64,000 nucleotides of DNA from a candidate division FCPU426 bacterium (GTDB taxonomy: Bacteria > Oederibacteriota > Muellerivitia > Muellerivitales > Muellerivitaceae), in the NCBI GenBank assembly GCA_963796105.1, contig CAWCKJ010000010.1, forward strand, positions 64,001 to 128,000, given 5' to 3'. The translations under genes were made by a program, and so were the position numbers. The notes below the pieces were generated by a model. It had not been told where the DNA came from. It saw only the letters and a program-made list of their open reading frames with translations, and made no database searches. Below are positions 9,884 to 22,035 of this stretch, in pieces. How positions within the stretch are numbered: the stretch's first letter is position 1; each line of letters starts with the position of its first letter.

Positions 9884-11097
9884 ACATTCTTGTGTTAACA
9901 CCCCTCGTACCTTTTCCGCCCCACGATGGCGACCGATTACGCCTTTATCATTTCCTCCGATACCTAAGGGGGAAAGGCCATGTGATCGATCTTTTCTGCC
10001 TGACTCGCAACAAGGCCGATCTCGGGAAGGCCCATGAGATCAGGCCATTCTGCAGGAACCTTTACATTGAAGTTCTTTCCAATACAGATTTGTTCTTCAA
10101 CTTGATCGGCGGGATTTTGATGGGCCAATCCCTCAACATCTCCGCGTATTTTTCCCCGCGGATGAGGGAAGCCTTGAAGGACTATTGGAAAACAAATGAG
10201 GGGAAGAAAGCGGATGTGATCCTGGCCCATCGGCTTCGGATGGCGCCTGCGGCTTTCGAGGGAAACCCCGGTAAGCCGGTGGTGCTGGAATTAACCGATT
10301 GTTTGGCGGCCTATACTCAACAGCTCAAGGGACAGAAGGGGGCTCGCTGGTCGAGGCGTTTGGCGGCCTGGTGGGACTATTGGTTCCTGAAGACAGAAGA
10401 GCCGGATTGGGCTCAGGCCTCCCGAAAAACAACCGTGATTTCATCCCATGACGCCCAGGCTTTGCTGGAAAACGGAGCTTCCTTCGATAAAATCGAGATT
10501 GTTCCCAATGGAGTCACCCGGCAAAAGGTTTTAAATAGGAAGCCCCCGGCGATTTATCCCCCCAAAAAACCGGTTGTGTGTTTTGTGGGAAGCATGGAAT
10601 ACGCGGCGAATGAGGACGCCGCCCTTTGGTTTCTCGACGGGATATGGCCGCTGGTCAAACAAGGGATTCCGGACGCGGTTTTCGCCGTCGTGGGAAAAGG
10701 AGCCCGGAGGGTCTTAAGCCGGCGGCATAACGGCCGGGATATTTTCGTGACGGGATGGGTTCCAGAGGTTGAATCCTACCTGCTCAACGCCGATGTGTCG
10801 GTAGCGCCCTTGAGGGTGGCGGCTGGAATGCAAAACAAGGTGGCTCTTTCCATGGCCCTGGGTATTCCCGTCGTGGCGACCCCTTCGGCGGTGAAATGGA
10901 TGTCTCTTTGCGACCGAAAGGGACTTTTGATCGGTGAAAACGAGGGGGCTTTTGCCCAGAGAGTGGTTGAGGTTTTATCAAATTCCAGACAATACCGAGC
11001 CCGTGCGGCGAAATTCAAAAATACAATCCTTCGGAATTTTAATTGGAAGGAATCAGGACGAAAAATGGAAGGCCTTTTGAAACAGGCGGTTGATTAA
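9880..11097 (+). CDS. Glycosyltransferase family 4 (polysaccharide biosynthesis type)
   Basis: PFPPHDGDRLR, VPNGV, FVGSM.Y..NEDA, VAPLRVAAGMQNKV. Confidence 0.88.
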   Translation: MNILVLTPLVPFPPHDGDRLRLYHFLRYLRGKGHVIDLFCLTRNKADLGKAHEIRPFCRNLYIEVLSNTDLFFNLIGGILMGQSLNISAYFSPRMREALKDYWKTNEGKKADVILAHRLRMAPAAFEGNPGKPVVLELTDCLAAYTQQLKGQKGARWSRRLAAWWDYWFLKTEEPDWAQASRKTTVISSHDAQALLENGASFDKIEIVPNGVTRQKVLNRKPPAIYPPKKPVVCFVGSMEYAANEDAALWFLDGIWPLVKQGIPDAVFAVVGKGARRVLSRRHNGRDIFVTGWVPEVESYLLNADVSVAPLRVAAGMQNKVALSMALGIPVVATPSAVKWMSLCDRKGLLIGENEGAFAQRVVEVLSNSRQYRARAAKFKNTILRNFNWKESGRKMEGLLKQAVD

Positions 11098-11115
11098 TCA
11101 AAGATCGGGGTTCAC

Positions 11116-13005
11116 ATGTGCGGAATAGCTGGGTTCGTTCAATTTAAAGCCGGAATGCCGCTCCAAAAGCATAACCTGGAGGAAATGACAGAAACCATCG
11201 CCCATCGGGGTCCGGATGAAAGAGGATTTTTCCAAAAGGGGCCAGTGGGATTGGGAATGACCCGTTTATCCATCGTTGACGTCAAGGGAGGAAGCCAGCC
11301 CATCTCCAATGAGCGGGGAACGGTCCATGTGGTCTTCAACGGGGAAATCTACAACCATCTTGAATTGCGGGAGCCGTTGGAAAAAGCCGGGCACCGCTTC
11401 ACCACCCGGAGCGATACCGAGGTTTTGGTGCATGCCTACGAGGAATACGGGGACGCTTTTATCGGGAAACTCCGGGGGATGTTCGCCTTCGCCCTTTGGG
11501 ACGAGACTTTTCAAAAACTGATCCTGGCCCGGGACCATATGGGCGTCAAACCCCTTTATTACACGACCGCCGATGGGTCGCTTCTTTTCGGCTCTGAAAT
11601 CAAGGTCCTCCTCGCGGCGCCGAAAGTCAAAAGCCAGGTGGACGCCAAGCAAATCCTGACCCTCATGACGCTCCAATATGTCCCGTCCCCTGATACGCTC
11701 ATCAAAGGAATCCGCAAAATTCCCGCCGCGCATTACCTCATCTGCCAATCGGGACGAATCCTGGTTCGGCCGTTCTGGGAGCTGCCGCGGGTGGACAAGG
11801 CGAGCGGGGGATTGGTCATCACCCGGGACCAGCAGAAGGAGTGGATCGAGAAACTGCAAACCATGTTGTTCGCTTCCGTCAAGGAGCAGCTCATGGCAGA
11901 CGTCCCCTTGGGGGCTTTCCTCTCGGGAGGGGTGGATTCCTCCCTGGTGGTGGCCGCCATGACCCATCAGACAAGGCAGCCCGTCAAGACCTATTCGGTT
12001 GGTTTTGAGAAGCAGGAGAATTTCAACGAGCTGAAATATTCCCAGAAGGTTTCCAAGTTTTTAAAAAGCCAGCACAGGGAAATCCTGGTGGACGCCCAAA
12101 TGATGAACGAGCTCATCCCGAAGCTGGTGAAGTACCAGGATGACCCGGTCATTGATCCGGCGGTCTTGCCGACTTTCCTGGTATCCATGTTCGCCCGGCA
12201 GGAGGTGAAAGTGGTCCTGACAGGGGAGGGAGCCGATGAGCTTTTCGGGGGTTACCGCAGGTATTCTTTCGACCGGTTGTCCTCCAACGTCAGGGCCCTG
12301 CCGGGGTGGCTGAAAGGTCTTGTGCCTTTTTTGACTGGAAGGATGAAGGATCCCTATAAACAGGCCTGGCAGGCGCTTCAAAAAGAGGATTTGGTGAAGA
12401 GGCATGTGGCCTGGTCCCGGCTTTGCCTGGAATCCACCCTGGATGAGCTCGCGGGGGAAAAGCTTAAATATGAAATGGAACATTCCAAAGTAGAGGAAAC
12501 CCTCGAGAAAATCTTCGGGACGGCCGAGCCTTACGGATTCGACAACCTCAACCTGATGCTATTCATGGATTTAAAAACCTGGCTTCCGGATGACCTTTTG
12601 AACAAGGTGGACCGCATGAGCATGGCGGCTTCCCTGGAGGCGAGGGTTCCTTACCTGGATCACAGGTTGGCCGAGTTCGCCTTTACCCTGCCCTCTGAGG
12701 TAAAACTGAAGGGGGGGGTGGGAAAATACTTATTGAAAAAAGCGGCTAATAAATACCTCCCCCGGGACATTATTTACCGCCAGAAGAAAGGCTTCGCCGT
12801 TCCACTTGGGCCGTGGTTTAGAAAAGAGTTGAAACCCCTTTTAGTGGATACTTTTCATTCGGAAAAATTCCAGAAAAGGGGGTATTTCGACCTGGCTAAA
12901 ACCGAGGTTCTGCTTCAGGAGCACTTGGAAGGGAAGAAGGATCACCATTTACTATTATATGGCCTGCTTTTAGTTGAATTGTGGCATAAGCGATTTATTG
13001 ATTAG
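11116..13005 (+). CDS. asnB: Asparagine synthase (glutamine-hydrolysing) family amidotransferase
   Basis: MCGIAG Ntn start, HRGPD, NGEIYN, FLSGGVDSS, GEGADELFGGY, KVDRMSMA.SLEARVP. Confidence 0.93.
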   Translation: MCGIAGFVQFKAGMPLQKHNLEEMTETIAHRGPDERGFFQKGPVGLGMTRLSIVDVKGGSQPISNERGTVHVVFNGEIYNHLELREPLEKAGHRFTTRSDTEVLVHAYEEYGDAFIGKLRGMFAFALWDETFQKLILARDHMGVKPLYYTTADGSLLFGSEIKVLLAAPKVKSQVDAKQILTLMTLQYVPSPDTLIKGIRKIPAAHYLICQSGRILVRPFWELPRVDKASGGLVITRDQQKEWIEKLQTMLFASVKEQLMADVPLGAFLSGGVDSSLVVAAMTHQTRQPVKTYSVGFEKQENFNELKYSQKVSKFLKSQHREILVDAQMMNELIPKLVKYQDDPVIDPAVLPTFLVSMFARQEVKVVLTGEGADELFGGYRRYSFDRLSSNVRALPGWLKGLVPFLTGRMKDPYKQAWQALQKEDLVKRHVAWSRLCLESTLDELAGEKLKYEMEHSKVEETLEKIFGTAEPYGFDNLNLMLFMDLKTWLPDDLLNKVDRMSMAASLEARVPYLDHRLAEFAFTLPSEVKLKGGVGKYLLKKAANKYLPRDIIYRQKKGFAVPLGPWFRKELKPLLVDTFHSEKFQKRGYFDLAKTEVLLQEHLEGKKDHHLLLYGLLLVELWHKRFID

Positions 13006-13185
13006 TGGTTATTGGCTTAACTTTCCTTAGCTTTACTCAAAGTTTCTAATAACACCCTGATTTATTGAATATTTTAACCTTTTTCACAACCCCGCCTAAA
13101 AAATTCGAAGAAAAGCTTAAAAAGGCTTTATTTTGAAAGCTATATTATTTTCTCAAAGAAATGACTCAGGAGTTTGCTCCATTGT

Positions 13186-13214
13186 TTGACGGATCTAATT
13201 CTTTCGGTTAAAAT
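13186..13214 (+). promoter_or_regulatory. Sigma70-type promoter upstream of efp
   Basis: TTGACG-N17-TAAAAT. Confidence 0.6.
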
Positions 13215-13284
13215 AACCCCCTTTTTGCGTGACCTCAGAAAAGAATAATTATAATGACAAACAACTGCATTAGGAGTTTTTTTA

Positions 13285-13842
13285 ATGATTAGCGTGAACG
13301 ATCTCAGGTCTGGGAATCTTTGTGAATTCGATGGAACGCTTTATAGGGTCGTGAACTATCAACACGTAAAGCCGGGCAAGGGCGGGGGATTTGTCCGTCT
13401 TAAACTGAAAAATGTGGAGTTAGGGACTGTTACTGATAAAACCTTGGATAGTTGGGAAAAAGTACCGGAACCTCCAGTTGAAGAAAAGGAAATGCAATAC
13501 TTGTATAAGCAGGGAGACAAATTTGTCTTCATGGACACTGGAACTTATGAGCAACTTGAGTTAACCGACGATGAGGTTGGTGAGGGAGCCCAATGGTTGA
13601 AAGAAGAAACCTCAATTGAAGTTCTTTTTTACAATGGCCGCCCCATCAGCGTGAAATTGCCCATCACGATCAACCTAAAAATCATTTCCTCCGAGCCCGG
13701 AATTAAAGGAGACAGGGTCTCCGGGGCCAGTAAGCCCGCCACTTTGGAAAGCGGAGCCACCATCCAGGTTCCCCTTTTTGTCAATGAAGGAGACGTCATT
13801 AAAGTCGATACTCGAACAGGGGAATATCTGGAGCGGGTTTAA
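13285..13842 (+). CDS. efp: Elongation factor P
   Basis: HVKPGKGG, KPATLESGA.IQVPLFV..GD.IKVDTRTGEY. Confidence 0.97.
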   Translation: MISVNDLRSGNLCEFDGTLYRVVNYQHVKPGKGGGFVRLKLKNVELGTVTDKTLDSWEKVPEPPVEEKEMQYLYKQGDKFVFMDTGTYEQLELTDDEVGEGAQWLKEETSIEVLFYNGRPISVKLPITINLKIISSEPGIKGDRVSGASKPATLESGATIQVPLFVNEGDVIKVDTRTGEYLERV

Positions 13843-13889
13843 ACCCTTAACGTTTGAAGGCTGTGTCGTTGAATGGAAAGGAGCGTTAT

Positions 13890-14453
13890 ATGCCGACAGT
13901 TTCTGAAAATGAAGAAAGCCCCAAACCGGAAAAAAAGAAAAAAAGCTCCGGCTCGTCCAAAAGAATCAAAGTTAACCCCAAGCTTACAATTGTCCAGGAT
14001 GTCATCCAGCTCATGAATGAGGCGCAGGTTAATGAACTGCATTTTGAGCAAGGAGGAGTCAAAATCCATCTCCGCAAGGGAAATGGGCCCTCATTTGAAA
14101 CCTTCAAGGTGGACGGAACAGGAGCCACTGGTCAACCCTCTGAGACCAATACAGCGTTGGATCAGCAGCTTCCGGGCCAAGCCGGATCCCCGCAAGCCCA
14201 GAAAACGGATTCGACCATGACGATCAAATCACCTATGGTTGGAACTTTTTACCGCTCCTCCGCCCCCGAAGCCAAGGCTTTTATAGAGGAAGGCGACAAG
14301 ATCGAAGTGGGGCAGGTTTATTGCATTATCGAGGCCATGAAACTCATGAATGAGGTAAAAGCCGAAATGGCTGGAAAAGTCGTCAAAATACTCGCCCAAA
14401 ATGGGCAGGCTGTTGAGTTCAACCAGCCGCTTATCAACATTGATCCCAGCTAA
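13890..14453 (+). CDS. accB: Acetyl-CoA carboxylase biotin carboxyl carrier protein
   Basis: SPMVGTFYR, IIEAMKLMNE biotinylation motif; AAGGAG RBS. Confidence 0.95.
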   Translation: MPTVSENEESPKPEKKKKSSGSSKRIKVNPKLTIVQDVIQLMNEAQVNELHFEQGGVKIHLRKGNGPSFETFKVDGTGATGQPSETNTALDQQLPGQAGSPQAQKTDSTMTIKSPMVGTFYRSSAPEAKAFIEEGDKIEVGQVYCIIEAMKLMNEVKAEMAGKVVKILAQNGQAVEFNQPLINIDPS

Positions 14454-14519
14454 CTTAAGTTTGATCCATCGGGCTTTTGTGAGTTTCCCGATTCGACAAT
14501 TCGTTTCAAAGGAATATCC

Positions 14520-15890
14520 GTGTTTAACAAGATATTAATCGCAAACCGAGGGGAAATCGCTCTTCGGATCATCCGCGCTTGCAAAGAAATGGGAATCAAG
14601 ACCGTTTCTGTCCATTCGGAACCTGACGCCGATTCCCTGCATGTTCACCTGGCCGATGAAAGCGTTTGTATCGGCCGGGGTCCCAGCCGGGAAAGCTACC
14701 TTAACATCCCTGCGTTAATCAGCGCCGCTGAAATAACCGATGCCGAAGCCATTCATCCGGGATATGGTTTTCTTTCGGAGAATGCGCACTTCGCGGAAGT
14801 ATGCGCCAGCTGCCAGATTAAATTCATCGGGCCGAAACCCGAAGTCATGCGCCTCATGGGCGATAAAGTAGCCGCCATTAAAACGGCGAAAAAGGCCGGG
14901 ATTCCTACGACGCCTGGTAGCGACGGAGCGGTAAAGGACGAGAAGCAAGCCTTGGAAATCGCCCGCCTCATCAAATATCCGGTCATTATCAAGGCTGCCG
15001 CGGGAGGCGGGGGAAAGGGCATGAGAATCGCACACACTGATCTTTCCCTGGCCCAGGGTTTCCAAACAGCTAGAACCGAGGCTGAAGCGGCATTTGGAAA
15101 CCCCGATGTTTACATTGAAAAATATGTTGAAGAGCCCCGCCACATCGAGGTCCAAATATTGGGGGATGAATTCGGTCACATCATCCATCTGGGAGAAAGG
15201 GATTGCACCATCCAAAGATCGCATCAGAAATTAATTGAAGAGGCCCCTTCTCCTGTCATCAACGCGCGTCAAAGGAAAAAATTAGGGAAGTTAGCCCTGA
15301 AATTAGCCAAGCATGTTAATTATTCCTCCGCTGGCACGATTGAGTTTTTGATGGACAAAGAGGGCCATTTTTATTTCATGGAAATGAATACCCGGGTCCA
15401 AGTGGAGCACCCCGTGACTGAGTTGATCATGGGAGTTGACCTGATCCAGGAGCAAATCCGGATTGCCTCCGGCGAAAGACTTTCAGTCGATAAGGATGTT
15501 CTCCAACCCAGGGGTCACGCGATCGAGTGCCGCATCAACGCCGAAAATCCGGAGGACGGATTTAAACCCTCTCCGGGAACGATTACAACTTTCCACATGC
15601 CCGGAGGCCCAGGGGTCCGGGTCGACACGCACCTGTACCAGGGGTATAAAGTTCCGCCGTTTTATGATTCCATGCTGGGAAAACTGATCGTTCACGCACC
15701 GACCCGATCCGAAGCCATACGGAGGATGATGCGGGTCCTGGATGAATTGGTAGTCGAGGGAATTCACACAACCAGTGGATTTCTTAAAAAAATCCTGGAA
15801 AGCGAGACATTTAGGCGAGGGGACTATTCCACGCATTTTGTTGAGAAATTCTTGAAAAATATTAGGGGAGAAGAAAGTTCGAAAAAATAG
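14520..15890 (+). CDS. accC: Biotin carboxylase
   Basis: [43 protein letters not shown]. Confidence 0.96.
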   Translation: MFNKILIANRGEIALRIIRACKEMGIKTVSVHSEPDADSLHVHLADESVCIGRGPSRESYLNIPALISAAEITDAEAIHPGYGFLSENAHFAEVCASCQIKFIGPKPEVMRLMGDKVAAIKTAKKAGIPTTPGSDGAVKDEKQALEIARLIKYPVIIKAAAGGGGKGMRIAHTDLSLAQGFQTARTEAEAAFGNPDVYIEKYVEEPRHIEVQILGDEFGHIIHLGERDCTIQRSHQKLIEEAPSPVINARQRKKLGKLALKLAKHVNYSSAGTIEFLMDKEGHFYFMEMNTRVQVEHPVTELIMGVDLIQEQIRIASGERLSVDKDVLQPRGHAIECRINAENPEDGFKPSPGTITTFHMPGGPGVRVDTHLYQGYKVPPFYDSMLGKLIVHAPTRSEAIRRMMRVLDELVVEGIHTTSGFLKKILESETFRRGDYSTHFVEKFLKNIRGEESSKK

Positions 15891-15951
15891 TTTGTCGCGT
15901 TGAGCTGGGGAAATCAAACCAACCGATTTATCGCGAAATGGAGATTCAGAA

Positions 15952-17007
15952 TTGAAAATAACAGTTTATTTTGATCCGAAAGATGTCAAGACGTCAGTTG
16001 CCCAAAATGCCACCGTGGTTTTGGCGGATGTCCTGAGAGTCTCAACGACAATCCCGGTATATCTTTACCATGGTGCAAAAGGGGTCGTTTTATGCCAAGA
16101 CCCCGGGTCAGCAAAAAAACAGTTTGAAAAATTAAAGAGGGGCGAGGGCCTTTTAGCCGGGGAAAGGGATTGGGAAAAAATCCCGGGCTTTCATATGGGC
16201 GGGTCTCCCCTGGAATCCACCCGCGATAAAGTCAAAAATCGGATTGTATGTATGAGCTCCTTCACCCCCCTGCGGTTACTTCAGGAGGCCAAACATTTGG
16301 TATTGGGCTCATTCGTGAATTTGACAGATGTTTATGATTCCTGTTTGCGGGCAAAACGTGATGTGGTGATCGTGTGCGCGGGCGGACCGGAAGATTCCGC
16401 CTTTGCTGGAATGCTGGTTGATTTTCTCCAAAGCACCTTAGGAGGAACACCTGTGGTTTTGGCCAAGAGCGCGAAAGACACAATTAGCTTATATAAGCCA
16501 TGGCAAGGGAGATTATGGGAATTGTTAAATTCAACGCCGGATGGGAAAGGGTTGACGCTCAAGGGGTTCGCGAAAGACCTGGATTTTTGCTCGAGGTTAA
16601 ACAGGATTTCAGCCGTGCCTTTATTTCAAGGCAATTTTTTTATTAAGGAAGACGCTCCGAAACCGAAAAAAACCATGGAGGCGGATGGAAAGCCTAAACC
16701 CACTTCAGCGTCTCCAAAAAAGGGAAAATCAATCAAGGTCATGGTTCCTTTGTTCCCTAAAAATCCCGAACACCCTGTTCCGGGCATCGATAAGGCCGGA
16801 GGCAAGAAGGGGCAAAATCCGGCGGATGCTAAGAAAAAAGATCAGGCCTTTTCGAAAAAGGCCCCCCTGAAGACTATAGAAAACAATCAAAAGGCCAAAA
16901 AGGCAAATGGAAAGTCGGTTCCTTTGTTCACTAAAAAATCAACGGCTACAACCGCGAAAAAAATTTCCGCCAAGCCGGTCATTAAAACCCATGGGAAGAA
17001 AAAATAG
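15952..17007 (+). CDS. ComB-like 2-phosphosulfolactate phosphatase family protein with Lys/Pro-rich C-terminal tail
   Basis: DVLRVSTT, LAGER, GGSP, IVCAG..ED..AG, DLDFC motifs; last ~120 aa basic and low complexity. Confidence 0.75.
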   Translation: MKITVYFDPKDVKTSVAQNATVVLADVLRVSTTIPVYLYHGAKGVVLCQDPGSAKKQFEKLKRGEGLLAGERDWEKIPGFHMGGSPLESTRDKVKNRIVCMSSFTPLRLLQEAKHLVLGSFVNLTDVYDSCLRAKRDVVIVCAGGPEDSAFAGMLVDFLQSTLGGTPVVLAKSAKDTISLYKPWQGRLWELLNSTPDGKGLTLKGFAKDLDFCSRLNRISAVPLFQGNFFIKEDAPKPKKTMEADGKPKPTSASPKKGKSIKVMVPLFPKNPEHPVPGIDKAGGKKGQNPADAKKKDQAFSKKAPLKTIENNQKAKKANGKSVPLFTKKSTATTAKKISAKPVIKTHGKKK

Positions 17008-17010
17008 TAT

Positions 17011-17451
17011 TTGGGTTTGGGGGAGTCTGTGAAATCTTTCAATCGCCCCGTTCTCATGTTGAGAGCTTTGGACGCGAATTGCAATCGTGTTCGGGAAGGT
17101 TTAAGGGTTGCGGAAGATGTGGCCCGGTTTATCCTGAATGATTCCCGCCTTATTTCCCAATTGAAAAAACTCAGGCATGAAGTAACCGCAGTGGAGAAAA
17201 CTCTTTTTATTTCAAATAGGATCAGGATCGAGGCTCGAAATGTTAAGGAGGATTTGGGCCGTAAAAATCACCTTGAGACCGAGAAGACCCGCGCTAATCT
17301 TAAAGACCTCTTGACGGCGAACTTGAAGCGCTCCCAAGAGGGCCTTCGGTCGCTTGAGGAATTTTCGAAAGCATTAGGGCATCCTTCCGCGTTAAAATTC
17401 AAAAAAATCCGTTATGCGTGTTACCAAATCGAAGAGTCTCTCCCCAGTTAA
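17011..17451 (+). CDS. Stand-alone ThiD2-like helical domain (thiamine biosynthesis associated)
   Basis: R.LDAN.NR.REGLRV.ED.ARF and ANLKRSQEGLRSLEEFSK repeats typical of the N-terminal domain of long ThiE proteins; next to thiC. Confidence 0.8.
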   Translation: MGLGESVKSFNRPVLMLRALDANCNRVREGLRVAEDVARFILNDSRLISQLKKLRHEVTAVEKTLFISNRIRIEARNVKEDLGRKNHLETEKTRANLKDLLTANLKRSQEGLRSLEEFSKALGHPSALKFKKIRYACYQIEESLPS

Positions 17452-17521
17452 ACTTCCTCAATGGCGTTGCATTCCATATTGCCCCTGGATATGCTAAAAC
17501 TTGCCTGATTGTTCTGTGTGA

Positions 17522-19399
<1,878 letters not shown>

Positions 19400-19438
19400 T
19401 AAAAAAGGCCTCGCCGATTAAGGCAAAGCCTTTTTTTA
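19400..19438. terminator. Bidirectional intrinsic terminator between thiC and ferredoxin
   Basis: A-tract, AGGC..GCC / GGC..GCCT stem, T-tract between convergent genes. Confidence 0.65.
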
Positions 19439-19450
19439 TTTTCTGAAAAA

Positions 19451-19768
19451 TTAATTAACGAGCTTGTTCACGTCCGGCCGTTTAGGAGGATCATTCGCAG
19501 GCCGGGTCGCGACGGGAGTGTTGTTTTTGAAAGAAGGGGCCAATTGGGCGTTGATTTTCGCGTATTCGGGATCTTTATCCGCTCCCTCTGCGATGGCGCC
19601 GATGGGGCAGGCCGAATAGCAGCTGGTACATTCCGTGCATTCTTCCGGATCAATCACCATAAAGGGTTGGCCTTTGTAATCACCGGGATGGATGCAATTC
19701 ACGGGACACACGTCCACGCATTGCGCGTAAACTTCTCCTAGGCACTTTTCAGTAATAACATACGGCAT
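19451..19768 (-). CDS. Dicluster (7Fe-type) ferredoxin
   Basis: MPYVITEKC-x7-CVDVCPVNC and IDPEECTECTSCYSACP; AGGAGG RBS before ATG 19768. Confidence 0.9.
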   Translation of the reverse strand: MPYVITEKCLGEVYAQCVDVCPVNCIHPGDYKGQPFMVIDPEECTECTSCYSACPIGAIAEGADKDPEYAKINAQLAPSFKNNTPVATRPANDPPKRPDVNKLVN

Positions 19769-20104
19769 CGTTCGCCTCCTTGGGCATTCATCCTCTTCCG
19801 TTAAAGAGGGGTTAAAAATTTTCATTCACCCACTAATCATAATCTTAAAGACGATTCTTATTGTGGGACGGCAAAACGTCGTTAGTTTAGAAGAGATACC
19901 CTTTCTTTCGCAAGACCAATTTTAGCTTTTTTCATAACAATTCAGCCTTTACGACGGGTGACTGGGGATGGTAGGTTGAGGGAGTAAAAGTTGATTTCTG
20001 GCAAGGAAATCTTTGGAAAACGTCTTTCGAAATTCTTGAAAGCTTACCTCGGCGATCTTAAATTTTCTCTATTAAATCAGCAGAGGTAAGCGATAAAGGA
20101 AAAC

Positions 20105-21265
20105 ATGGCTTCGAAAAAAGATTTTTATGAATTATTGGGCGTTTCGCGCGATGCCAAATCGGATGATATCAAGAAAGCTTATAGAACCATGGCTAAGAAA
20201 TACCATCCCGACGCTAATCCAAATAACAAAGAGGCGGAGGAGAAGTTCAAGGAAATCAACGAGGCTTACGAGATTTTGTCGGATCCGCAAAAAAAATCAG
20301 CTTATGACCAATTTGGCCATGTTGGGGTTGGATCAGGCGGTTTTTCCGGGGGATACGGAGGGGGTTTTCGACCACAGGATTTCGGAAATGCGGCTGATTT
20401 CGAAGATATTTTTGGCGATGTGTTCAGCAATTTCTTCGGCGGGGGAGGGAGAACCCGCTCCGGAAGGCATCAAAGCCAAGCCCAAGAGGGCGAAGACCTC
20501 CGGCATGATATGGAATTGACTTTTGAAGAGGCGGCTTTTGGAACCACCCGTGAAGTTAAAATTCGCAAACTGACAACCTGTGAAACTTGCCATGGCTCGG
20601 GAGCTAAGGCTGGCTCAGGGCGCGTGGTTTGCGCAACTTGCAAAGGGACAGGCCAGGTTCGTCAATCCCAGGGGTTTTTTACCATCGCTAGAACTTGTAG
20701 CCGCTGCAAAGGGCAAGGAGAAATGCCAGGCACTCCCTGCCCGACCTGCCAAGGCCATGGCCGCCTGGAAAAAGACCGAATAGTTTCCGTGAAAGTTCCG
20801 GCGGGGGTGGATGAGGGTTCCCGTCTAAGGCTTCGCGGCGAGGGCGAAGCAGGCCTCAACGGCGGTCCCGCGGGGGATCTTTATATATTCCTCCATGTTG
20901 AAGCCCATGATTTCTTTGAAAGGGATGGAAGCGATCTCCATTGCGAGATTCCCATTACATTTATTCAAGCGGCCCTAGGTACAGAGATCGAAGTACCCAC
21001 GTTGGAAGGACCGGTCAAGATGAAAATTCCCGATGGGACACAATCAGGAAAGATATTTCGTTTGAAAGAAAAAGGGATGAAAAACCCTCAGGAGTCAGGC
21101 TTGGGAGATCTGTATGTGAAGGTGATGGTTGAGGTGCCGACGGATCTCAATTTTAAGCAAAGGAAGCTTTTGGAGGAATTTGAGGCTCTTTCCAACGAAA
21201 CGAATACTCCCCTTCTCAAAAGTTTCATGAATAAAATGAAAATTTTTTTTGAACGAAAAAAATGA
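20105..21265 (+). CDS. dnaJ: Chaperone DnaJ
   Basis: J domain HPD, G/F region, four CxxCxGxG repeats. Confidence 0.97.
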   Translation: MASKKDFYELLGVSRDAKSDDIKKAYRTMAKKYHPDANPNNKEAEEKFKEINEAYEILSDPQKKSAYDQFGHVGVGSGGFSGGYGGGFRPQDFGNAADFEDIFGDVFSNFFGGGGRTRSGRHQSQAQEGEDLRHDMELTFEEAAFGTTREVKIRKLTTCETCHGSGAKAGSGRVVCATCKGTGQVRQSQGFFTIARTCSRCKGQGEMPGTPCPTCQGHGRLEKDRIVSVKVPAGVDEGSRLRLRGEGEAGLNGGPAGDLYIFLHVEAHDFFERDGSDLHCEIPITFIQAALGTEIEVPTLEGPVKMKIPDGTQSGKIFRLKEKGMKNPQESGLGDLYVKVMVEVPTDLNFKQRKLLEEFEALSNETNTPLLKSFMNKMKIFFERKK

Positions 21266-22035
21266 CCTTCGTTCCCCGATTGTATTTAACTTCTCCGCTT
21301 TCTTCATCCGATCCCTATATTTTAGATTCCTCTTCTTCCAGATATTTAATCAGGATATTACGGATGAAGGAGGGTGGGCGTTTTATGGGTTTTGACGCAA
21401 TAGGTTGTTTGTATGAGATGGAGCTGACAAAAGCGGATTCAACCCAAGCTTTAGCGAAAGTCTTGAAAGTAAAAGAAAATAACTCAAGGCTTGACCAGTT
21501 TCAAATTTCATTGGGCCAAAGTCTTCCGAAAGCGGCCAAAATGGATTTGATCCTCCGCCAAGGCACTGAAGTTGGAATTCATCGGTTTATTCCAATAGTG
21601 ACGGTAAGAAGCATATCAAGACCGCAAGAATTCCAATATGAACATAAAAAAGATAGATGGAAAAAAATTATTTTGGAGGCAACTAGACAATGCGGGAGGA
21701 AAGATATCCCGCAGTTAGATGGAGTCACTGAATGGCAACAATGCTTGGAACTTATGAAAGAGTTTGACCAAGTATTGATTCCGTATGAAAAAGAGGCCCC
21801 GGCGTTAAAAACGGTGTTAGAATCAAAACCGGCCGCGCATAAAATCCTTGTTTTGGTTGGCCCTGAAGGCGGCTGGACGAGAGAAGAAGTCATTTCAGGT
21901 GAACAATATGGGGCGACTCCAGTTCATTTGCAAACGCCTATTCTTCGGACAGAAACAGCGGGAATTGTAATCGTTTCGATGATTCAATTTTTCAAGTCTA
22001 CCTATGAGACGGGAAAAGAGCCGAATGAAAAATAA
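21262..22035 (+). CDS. rsmE: 16S rRNA m3U1498 methyltransferase
   Basis: EA.RQCGR, VGPEGGW, ILRTETA; after dnaJ. Confidence 0.93.
   Translation: MTFVPRLYLTSPLSSSDPYILDSSSSRYLIRILRMKEGGRFMGFDAIGCLYEMELTKADSTQALAKVLKVKENNSRLDQFQISLGQSLPKAAKMDLILRQGTEVGIHRFIPIVTVRSISRPQEFQYEHKKDRWKKIILEATRQCGRKDIPQLDGVTEWQQCLELMKEFDQVLIPYEKEAPALKTVLESKPAAHKILVLVGPEGGWTREEVISGEQYGATPVHLQTPILRTETAGIVIVSMIQFFKSTYETGKEPNEK

Noticed and set aside
19826..20104. CIRCE element upstream of dnaJ
   Set aside because: No TTAGCACTC-N9-GAGTGCTAA seen
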